64,000 nt of DNA from Magallana gigas (taxonomy: Eukaryota), in assembly GCF_963853765.1 (NCBI RefSeq), contig NC_088860.1:30504001-30568000 (forward strand), written 5' to 3'. The translations under genes and the position numbers were made by a program. Of this stretch, positions 1 through 9,890 are shown piece after piece (position 1 is the stretch's first letter; every line of letters starts with the position of its first letter). The notes under the pieces are model-generated. The model was not told the origin of the DNA. It did no database searches and saw only the letters and a list, made by a program, of their open reading frames with translations.

Positions 1-43
1 AATATCATGGATTAATCGGAAAACCTTGGCGAATACGGTGCCT

Positions 44-522
44 GCATCACCCAGCCTCTTTACGGTAATTTATTGACCACCCAGCCTCTTTACGGTAATA
101 TGTTGACTGCCCAGCCTCTTTACGGTAATTTGTTGATCACCCAGCCTCTTTACGGTAATTTGTTGACCACCCAGCCTCTTTACGGTAATTTGTTGACTGC
201 CCAGCCTCTTTATGGTAGTTTGTTGATCACTCAGCCTCTTTACGGTAATTTGTTGATCACCCAGCCTCTTTACGGTCATATGTTGACTGCCCAGCCTCTT
301 TACGGTAATTTGTTGATCACCCAGCCTCTTTACGGTAATTTGTTGATCACCCAGCCTCTTTACGGTAATTTGTTGACCACCCAGCCTCTTTACGGTAATT
401 TGTTGACTGCCCAGCCTCTTTATGGTAATTTGTTGACCACCCAGCCTCTTTACGGTAATTTGTTGACTGCCCAGCCTCTTTATGGTAATTTGTTGATCAC
501 CCAGCCTCTTTACGGTAATTTG
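44..522. repeat. 30-bp tandem minisatellite, about 16 copies
   Basis: Unit approx. ttgaccacccagcctctttacggtaatttg repeats at an exact 30-bp period with few substitutions; open reading frames on both strands (73..531 +, 70..621 -). Confidence 0.95.
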
Positions 523-769
523 CCAAAATAACATAGAAGAGAACAGAACCTGTCCTTTGGCCACCATTCGTGAGGAAGCTGGTGTATCTTTGTCATTTTG
601 ATTAATGTGCAAATTTCTCATAAAAGTCTCTGAGAGCCACCAATACTATACTATAGTGATAGTACTACACGAATAAACTCGGTTAACTTATTAGTCGTCA
701 TCTAGGCTGGTAATGTATAGCCGATGCCAGGAAACTCCATAATGAGTGTGTCAAGATTTTTACCTTAAC

Positions 770-980
770 TACTGTGGTTTCATCAATATTCGTTGAATAC
801 CAATTTTCGTGGATTTCGTTGTTAAGTTGATCCACGAAATTAAATGTTCATTGAAGTTCAATTTCAACTAACATTTTGTATTTATAGGATCACTGGCCAC
901 GGAATTAGGTATCCTTGAAACTGTGGTTTTCAGAAAATCCACGAAAATTGATACCCACGAAAATTAATGAAACCACAATA
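770..980. mobile_element. TA-flanked MITE (Tc1/mariner-like, non-autonomous)
   Basis: Left end tactgtggtttcat (770-783) and right end atgaaaccacaata (967-980) are inverted repeats with 1 mismatch; internal ccacgaaa motifs are repeated. Confidence 0.7.
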
Positions 981-1065
981 ATATCCAAAGTACTTTGTAC
1001 ATTGTCATATTGGTCCTTTGGTTTATCGCAAATTTAAAGAAATGCAACAGTTTAACTATGTGTTT

Positions 1066-1360
1066 CACAGGTGCTTGAGGACAGGATCGATTGCCCAATT
1101 ACCTAAAGCAAATATTTTAAAAAAATCAGACCCTCTACATATATAATAAAATTATTATTATGTATTATGTAATTGTATTATATGTACAGAGGGTCTGATT
1201 TTTTTTCCAAAATGTCTGTTTTTTGTTATTTTGGGCAAAGGATGAAATAATTAGATTAGAAATATGTCAAAAAAGGATAATTTAATAAAAAAGAAAAATA
1301 AAGTCCCGGGGGATTATATATTGGGGGGGGGGGGGGCGATCCTGTCCTCAAGCACCTGTG
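1066..1360. mobile_element. MITE with 24-bp terminal inverted repeats and an internal second inverted repeat
   Basis: cacaggtgcttgaggacaggatcg at 1066 versus cgatcctgtcctcaagcacctgtg ending 1360; inner arms aaaaatcagaccctct(a)catat / atatgtacagagggtctgattttt. No clear target-site duplication (TSD). Confidence 0.75.
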
Positions 1361-1739
1361 ATGCGTTTAATTACTAGTAATACAAAGAACACTTCGACTT
1401 TATCTAATCTTTATTTTTTTACATTCACAATTGTATAAAACAAAATACAAACACGTATGAAGAGATTTACCCCTTACATAATTCTTATCTTTCTCTTTTC
1501 CTATTATAAGGAAAATAGGAAAAGATTAGAATTATGTAAAGAGATATAATATGAGAAAAAAAGATATATATAACATCAGGTGCCTGTTTTTACTATCTGT
1601 ACTGTAAAAATGTTTTATTGTATTGCATAATTTCTCTTTTTATTTTCCACATATGTATAGTTTGTATTTGTATTTGATAGTATTTGTGTTATATAATTGT
1701 AAGTGTGTTTTGTTTTACATGTAGTTGTTTTTCCAAAAA

Positions 1740-2774
1740 CTACTGGCTGTCCCTTAATCCTAGTACTGCGATCACAACATTCAAAACAATAACAAAAAAC
1801 ACAATGAATATACTGATCTCATCGTACCACTCAACAGTCGCACACCATTCGCACGCACAGACGATCCCTCGGGGGTCGCTTGCAATCGTATTGGGCCCTT
1901 GCGAGTCCAACTCTTCGGCTTTCTTCATATGTTCCAAGTGGGCTTTCCTTGCTTTTCGCCACCTTTGAATCATTATAAGACCAAACCCTATGTGTAAGAT
2001 CAAAGACAGTCCAATCAAGACCAGTAGAGGGGTGAAGAATCTGTATGCCGGGTCCCCGTCCAATACCGCGCGTAGCTGAGACACGTTTGCCGCCATTAGT
2101 GATGCGTCGCAGAACCCTCGAACGATGTTTTGTCTGTCAGCGAAAACATTTCCAGAAGGATTGTTGTTGCTAGTGCCATCTGTGTCCTAGAATTACAAAA
2201 AACCAAGATGGGTAAAACTTATTCTTTTCAAGAAAATGAGACCCGAGTTGGTCCGAATCAATTAAACGCTTTGTATACAAAAACAAACAAACAAACCAGC
2301 TATCTAACTATGGAACCGTTGCTAACTAGTTGGTATACAAATACATTGATAAACATGTACATGTTTTCTGAGCATAAGGAAAAAGAACAAGTTAGAATTC
2401 ATGATATTTTACAAAATGCTTACGCCATTGGTTAAAACATCTTTGAAATCTGTTCTGTCTTGAGAATCGTTCACCTAAAATAGAATTTTTTTAAAATTTT
2501 TTGAGACAAGGTATTTACCTATGATTTCAGGGCTTTGGAAAAAAAACCCACGATGGATGACGAGAATCCACAGTGGCATATGGAATTAATATTCAATGTA
2601 TCTTAAGATTGCAGAATGTAGAACGTGATTGATTTTAATGGCATACGTTTGACTTACTGGTATAGCAGCTGAAGTGACAACCATTTCGTTGGTACATGTA
2701 CCAGTCAGACTGTCTTTGTCATTTGGACTCATCTCTAACGAAACAGTCTGTTCGGAGCTGTTGCCGGGAGACAT
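1740..2774 (-). CDS. Ninjurin-family membrane protein (divergent), 187 aa
   Basis: Exons 2774-2658 (donor GTAAGT) and 2186-1740 (acceptor ttttgtaattctAG), phase 0. NVFADRQNIVRGFCDASLMAANVSQLRAV..PLLVLIGLSLILHIGFG..IVFFVIVLNVVIAVLG aligns ungapped to human NINJ1 NHYASKKSAAESMLDIALLMANASQLKAV..PLVVLISISLVLQIGVG..LVFIIVVVNIFITAFG (from memory). Confidence 0.88.
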
Positions 2775-3009
2775 ATCAACTTATTCTGTGCAAATAAAGC
2801 CTTCCGTGTCCAGCTTTTAAGGCCACTGTTAACACGGAAACTCCGAAACACTTTATATAATCACTAGATGTAAACGAAAGTGGGTTTTTTTAGGTTAATT
2901 TTTAAATTATGATACATCAAGTTCAATAGCAAGCAATGTATGCAGACCTATTTTATTTTCTTTAAAAAATTTACACACACAAACACAAATACAGCCCTCC
3001 CTCCCCCCA

Positions 3010-3013
<4 letters not shown>

Positions 3014-3078
<65 letters not shown>
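3014..3078. repeat. (GA)n microsatellite
   Basis: Pure GA run. Confidence 0.98.
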
Positions 3079-3080
<2 letters not shown>

Positions 3081-4869
3081 GAATAGGTATAATTCAATTT
3101 TAAGTAATGACTGCACATATTACTAGATTGGATTTTAAAAAGTAGTTGTTCAAAGTACAGTGACAGTTTTCTGTCACGCAAAAGTACTTGTACATGTATT
3201 TTCTATTGTTTCTAGGGTAATTAACAAAAATTCTCACGAGAATCGTGAACAATACATTCGTCTTGTAAAAAACTCTGAAACTCCATGCAAGGGGTCTCAC
3301 CTCCCATCTCACATTATTTTGAAGTACCATGATCATTGAAAAATGCATGGGTGTTTGACAATCGACGTATAATTCATTACATTTTTTCGCATAATTCAGA
3401 CACAATGACCGTTTCCATGTTCAATTTTACAATAATTAGCAAAAAAAAAATTGTTCATGCTATTATATTGGTCACTACATTTATAAAATTTAAATAATTG
3501 TTCGTCGGGAGAGTCCGCGTGGAATTTTTTTTCTCAAAATTTCGTATGTAAAACTACACAGTTTCCACCGATCCCCAAATATTCCAAGAGGAATAATCTT
3601 CAAAAATATAGAATAAGACTTTTAAAATTTTTCAATATGAACGTTTTAAATTACTAGTATAAGTATTTGTTCATATTTGTTATATATTTCAAAATTGGAC
3701 TTCAAATCATCTGATTAAACTCCATGGTTAGATCCGGTTTCGTTATTACTGGACAATATGGAACTACTTGTACAGTTTACATATCACGGGGTTTTCAACA
3801 AAAAAAAATGAAATTAATAATGAGTGTATGTTAAAGTATATACATAAATATGTGCAATGTATATGACGAAAGAGTCAGATCAAAATTGTACTGCACGACA
3901 CATTGACGTGTGCACTAAATGTGCATCCGTAAACATTTTTTTTTCTTTCCTGGAAATGATCATGCAGTGTATGCATGCACATGATTATGGCAAAAAGGAT
4001 AAACATCAATGTACATGTACTTCCTTTTTTGTCGTGTTGTGTTTGTTATTTTCTTGGAATTGGTGGGAGAGGGGGGGGGGCTTTTAAAATTTCTTTCAGG
4101 TGTTTTTGTTTGTGTTTTATGAGTTTTTCTCTTTGTGGAGATGGATGTATTGTTGGCTTAAATATGATATACTTTTTGTAGAGAAATCGGCGTTAAATTG
4201 AACCACCATAGCTTTGAACAAAATAAAACATGTTGATTAAACAATATAGTGAATTAGAAATACTATATCAAAAAGATTCTATAGGAATTCTATAGGATAT
4301 TTATTACGTATTGACTTTTTTTTTACTGAAAAAGGGTGTCTTTGTCTTCCTCTTCTTCTGTGTATTTTACTTTGACGTCCCAGTACATATTGTACTTTAT
4401 TTTCAAGAAACGTCACAAACATTTGCTGGTTTTTTGGTGGTTTTTTTTCAATTTTAAACATACATGATTGTATCCATGCACCAAAAACATTTATTTTAAT
4501 TACAGAGCAGTAATATACACAAGATGAATTTTGCCAACCGTCCCATTAACGTCATCGTTTTCTGATGACGTCAGCGGCGAGACAACGTTAATGGAAAGCG
4601 CCCATAGGGTGCTTTCCCGGCATCGCCTGATTTGCCGGTGTTGCCTTCGTCGCCGATTTTGGAAATTGCGTCGCCGGAGTAAGGCAGAATAATGACGTCA
4701 ATTTTCGACGTAGAATAATGGCCCCCGGTTTCAGTCCGTTCCTACATAATGAACACAGATGCGCATCATTTACTTTAACATAAAATTGCCATTGAAACTG
4801 TTTACCTAAAGAATTAAATCCATAATGAGAACTACATGGAAATGCTCTTTCTTTTCATTTTTTCTTTAA

Positions 4870-6079
4870 AGGAAGTGAACATGAAAAAATTATCAAGGGC
4901 TCAAATTTGTCTGTTTGATGTGTATAATGATATCTGAAAACCGTTTAGACAGATCTTTCCTCAGTAAAAAGATAAACCACTTAGAATAACTAATTCTTGC
5001 AATCCATGAGCGCTGCCATATTGTTAAAATCATTACCTCCCTGCTGGGTTATCTCTAAGCATCTAAGAGAGGGCAGCACTGATGCTGCCGTCAGTGAGAC
5101 ACATTGCATTTTTACACACGTGTAGTAACAGGGATAAAATGCCATCATCAAAATGTGAATGGAAACTTGAAAGGAATGTAAAGAGTTGTCATTTTAAACA
5201 GTGTTTATGGAGGAAGATTTTGGATCTCAGAATGATGCATTCCCACCAGCAGTTAATGTGACATGTAACTAAAATGGAATGTCCGTGAATCAGTGTTATT
5301 ATGACCTATTTTTTCTTGCACTCGGGAATTTCTTGTTTATGAGTTTGAACATTATGTGTGCTACATAAATGAGCACACAAGGTGCATTGCACAGCATCCT
5401 GACTTTTAAAAAGTGTCTTAGTCCTGTTATTCTTCTGACAGCATAAACAGAACTGGTGTACATATCATCAAGATCTTATGTATAAAAAAAAACAAATCAG
5501 AAAAATTTCCAGGGCATTGAAATAAAAAGTAACGGTAAGAAACCCCACATGGAAAATGGAATTACAATTCTATATTAATTTAAATTGAAATCTAAAAACA
5601 GCATTTTATTTATGTAAACACTAACTGCCACATGCATCTCCGTATAAACATCTGGAATGTGATGGTCTTATATTTCACAAATTAATTTATCTATATTCAT
5701 TTTTTGTACATATCATAAATAGTTATCTGTGGTTCATTTATAGAAATGTACTAAATCCTTGTCTTCTCATGACAGTACACAAAATTTTTCTTCACATCAA
5801 GGCATAATTTTTCTCCTCAACTTTTATCAACTCTGTACATAAACACTGGCCTAGTTCCAACATTGACCCAGTCACCAGCAGCAATGTGGCTTATCTACGT
5901 CAGAGAACAGATGCATGCTGGGGAATAATGGATTACCTCCATAAACATTTCACTGAGAGTGTTAAATTGATAAAATCTCTTGATAGAAATAAACAAACAG
6001 GTAACAGGCCTCATTTTTAAGTTTCAAAAGGCTTTTATAATTTATTAAGCAACAATTATTTTTTTCATGTTCACTTCCT
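4870..6079. mobile_element. Non-autonomous DNA transposon with TTAA TSD (Kolobok-like), 1210 bp
   Basis: TTAA|aggaagtgaacatgaaaaaa ... ttttttcatgttcacttcct|TTAA; 20-bp terminal inverted repeats (TIRs) with RR..YY termini; no transposase ORF inside. Confidence 0.82.
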
Positions 6080-6441
6080 TTAAATCTAATATATTCGATC
6101 AGTGTTTATTATCTATTTAAGATATAAAACTATAGTCAGGTACTCTTCAAACAAATACTCTGAAAAATATAGCTCTTTTTGTATTTGGCAAATAAAAATT
6201 TAAATGTTTAGAAATCGATGTGCATGTATATGTAATACGTAGAGAAAACAATTATATTAACGTAATATGATTTTTTGGCAAAAAAAAAAAAATCCTTTTT
6301 ACCAGAAATGTAAAAGTGATGTATTCCCACGCTACCTGCCTCCTAAGTCTTTTTAAAGAAAATATAGGTCATTCTTCGATGGACAATTTTTCACCAGTGG
6401 ATATTAATTGCTTACATGTATATCATTACAACAATTAATTA

Positions 6442-6448
<7 letters not shown>

Positions 6449-6489
<41 letters not shown>
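6449..6489. repeat. (GA)n microsatellite
   Basis: Pure GA run. Confidence 0.97.
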
Positions 6490-6492
<3 letters not shown>

Positions 6493-8187
6493 TTTTTTTC
6501 AAATAATAAAGCTACTAGTGTATAAAATGTTGTAAATATTATTCATGGTAAAATAACAAATACGTATACTGTTCAGCAGATTTCTAGTTTTCATCTCCAG
6601 TGCAGCGTATGTCGACGAATGAAGGGATCTAACTGTTAATAATCAATTAGTCTCAATGAAAGTTTGTTTTCTACGGATATGAAAAACTATGTACGGCAAT
6701 TTATGACAAGTTCGATGTTGTTGTGCTGTTAAAGTAAATCCACCCTCCTGTGACGTTATACATTTTACATAAACCATGAATTCATTAAAATTCTTGCAAG
6801 TAGATTTGTAATTTCTAAGTTATTATAGGTGCACATCAAAAACTCAAATCATTGTTTACTTGGAGATATTTAATAAGCGTTTTTCATCCTTATATTCGAC
6901 ATAATTCAATAAAGACAAAGGGAAATAACTCTTTTCTATTTTTTCTCTAAGTGATATATATCTAAATGCTATAATTTTTCTAATGTAAACAATTTTTTCT
7001 CTTTTTTTTTAATTAATTTTAGTTTTCTGGCATAGTAAGCAATTAAATTTAAATAGATAAACAAGTATCCATCCACTTTTATTTAATTTTTAAACAAGAA
7101 AAAGTATGATTTTTAGATGATCATTTCAGCCTTTGGTTTTTATTACCTTGCATCTTAAATAGTATGGATGCATATATATTTTATTTATTTTTTGATGAAA
7201 TTCAAGTCCAATAAGTTAAAAAAAGTTAAATTTTTAACTTTGAACCCATAATTCTATAAATACTGAGTTACCTTAACTTCAAAATCAGCTAAGCAGAGTG
7301 AAAAATAAAGTAATTTAAAAGTCAAATATATTAGATATGGGGTAACCTTTAAGATTATCTACGGCGGGGGTCATTTTAATGGGGGACATATTTCTCTTTA
7401 TGTTCAACATGAAGAAAAATGACTCCAGTGTCACTACTTTCCATTTCTTTAGAAAAATCAAATTATTGTACACCGGGGCGGGGGGGGGGGGGGGGACATT
7501 ATTCTACGTCGAAAAATGACCCCGGTCATTATTTTACGGGGGTAATTATTCTTATTTACACCTGCAAGCGATTTGGGCAACGCTTTTTACCATTGCAGGT
7601 TTGGGAACAACATGCACAGCGTCTAGGTTATTATTAGGTTATAATATTCTACAAAACCTGAATTTCTGTTGCCCTAGTTTGTCCTACTTCATTGAAATAC
7701 ATCAAAACTGCAAATAGCCTAAAATTCCGGTCCAAATTACACACACACACACACACACACACACATAAAAAAGGGGGGGGGCATGAAAAAATTAAAAATC
7801 AAAATCTATGAAACAGGTTAAAAAATTAAAAAATTAATGCTGTCAAGCAATTTATCGTACACAGATTTCATTGTTCAAACTATCTCAAAGAGTAAAGGAA
7901 TGGATATCTGTAGTTTCTGCTGCGTTCGCCCAAACGTTCGCACCGCCGGCAAAACATTTTTAAAATTATTCATAAAATGTAGATATATCTGCGTGCTATT
8001 ATGGAAATTATTATATTTATGGTGAGAGAATGGTTTCATTACATTTATTTGTGTGAGCAAATCAGAACATGGCAAAGGTCTAATTTTCTTCTTTCGTTTT
8101 ATAGAATTTGTATTCAGGACTCTTTAGAGCTTATTGTCAGACGATAATTTTGCCTTTGCGATTGATAATCGAAAAGTATACGAAAGA

Positions 8188-9599
8188 GAGTCTTGGTAAA
8201 ATGGGTAGGCAAACCCGGGCCGGGGCAAAATAAAAGCCGGGGCAGATCGATATTTTTCAATTTTGTTTGCTAATAATAAACCAATCTCATTGAAATTTTC
8301 AAGATATGTTCCCAATTGATATAACTGTGTTCGCTGTAAATATTTCTGCACAACATTGTATTTTAAGAAATTTATCGACGATTGTTGATTTTCAAGTTGG
8401 TAAAATGGGTAGGCAAACCCGGGTCGACATTTTTCGGTTTTGTGGACTTATTTAAGAAAACATTGTGAACATTTCACGTTTAATTCCGGTAAAACATATG
8501 AAATACTGATAAGAAATAGGCTTTTGTTGAACGGAAAATAATTATTCTTCGATTAATAACCGTGTTTAAGAAAAACCGGGTCACTAAAACCGGATCCGAT
8601 CACCCGGGACAAACTTGATAATTCCGAAATAGTTGCGTGTCTATGTTATCCCACATGATTTTATTTATGTTAATTTGTAATAAAGATCATAGATACTGTG
8701 TCTAGCTTTAATATTATTTTATTAATCACACACAAGCCCAAATGTAAGCTGCTTGATCAATTAACAACTGATTCATCTCATTATGATTATTAGCTAAAAG
8801 TGATGCAAGCACTGGATACTAGGGCGTCGTGGTTATCACGATAAGAACAGTACTAAGTCTTGCTTACAAAATAAACGAAAACAAAAAAAACAAAAACAAA
8901 ACCAGCATGCTTATTCGTTCATATAATCACAGCTCTTTGAAATAATTAGTGCTATATACAATTTACAAAATACAAATTTTAAGGAAAAAAAATAGTGCTT
9001 TTAATATTTTCTTTAAATATTTATTAAAGGTTAAATAAATGTGTAACACCAAACAATACTTACCTTTTCAATTTAATAAATTAGGCTCTAATGAGGATAC
9101 CTCTTTGTGGTTAGAGCTGAGCGATGTCACAATATTTGTGAAAGCTAACATCCTCATAATTTCGGAATTTTTAAGTTTGTCCCGGGTGATCGGATCCGGT
9201 TTTAGTGACCCGGTTTTTCTTAAAAACTGTTATTAATTGAAGAATTTTTACTTTCCGTTCAATAAATGACTATTTTTTATTAGTATATTAAATGGTTTAC
9301 CGGAATTAAACGTGAAATATTCACTTTTTTCTTAATCAAGTCCACAAAACCGTAAAATGTCGACCCGGGTTTGCCTACCCATTTTACCAACTTGAAAATC
9401 AATAATCGTCGATAAATTTCTTAATATACATTGTTTTGCAGAAATATTTACAGCGAATATTCTTATACTAATTGTTGACATGTCCTGAAAATTTCAAAGA
9501 GATTGGTTGAGTATTAACAAAGAAAATTGAAAAATATCGATCTGCCCCGGCTTTTATTTTGCCCCGGCCCGGGTTTGCCTACCCATTTTACCAAGACTC
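8188..9599. mobile_element. Foldback element with very long TIRs and 9-bp TSD (Mutator/MULE-like), 1412 bp
   Basis: TSD tacgaaaga at 8179-8187 and 9600-9608; ends gagtcttggtaaaatgggtaggcaaacccgggccgggg / ccccggcccgggtttgcctacccattttaccaagactc; inverted similarity continues for roughly 550-600 bp; terminal motif repeated internally at about 8401 and 9360-9390. Confidence 0.9.
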
Positions 9600-9802
9600 T
9601 ACGAAAGAGTTAATCATATTCTTTATCGCAGATTTTCGATTTTCGCGTTTCCCCGGAAGAACTCGAAAAACACCATTATTTTAAAAATTATTTCAAATAC
9701 TGATCATGATAATATTTCTTATCATATAGTTTATTTAGTAAGTAGGTCAAATGAAAAGAAAATCTCATTATTATTATTTTACGTACGTGCGGCTATTTTA
9801 CA

Positions 9803-9817
9803 GTTGTCCTTAGTTAC
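9803..9817. promoter_or_regulatory. Candidate RFX X-box upstream of CFAP58
   Basis: gttgtccttagttac (reverse complement GTAACTAAGGACAAC) resembles the X-box GTNRCC-N0-3-RGYAAC; about 75 bp upstream of the ATG of a motile-cilia gene. Confidence 0.4.
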
Positions 9818-9890
9818 ATGACCGTAAATAGGACACACAGACAGACGTAGAGGCCGCTGCATATAACATTAGCTTCACTAAGCCGTCGAA

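Noticed and set aside
44-522. CRISPR-like array
   Set aside because: Units are contiguous with no unique spacers, there are no cas genes, and the context is eukaryotic.
2907-3181. ORFs with SLSLSL/ERERER runs (also 29493-29829 and 45368-45568)
   Set aside because: Translations of GA/CT microsatellites.
6729-7352. Second TTAA-bounded element
   Set aside because: The putative ends (agtaaatccaccc versus aggttacccc) are not inverted repeats.
4690-7565. Inverted similarity between 4690-4732 and 7488-7530 (cgacgtagaataatg..cccc) as ends of one large element
   Set aside because: No shared TSD or matched termini; better explained as two fragments of one MITE family.
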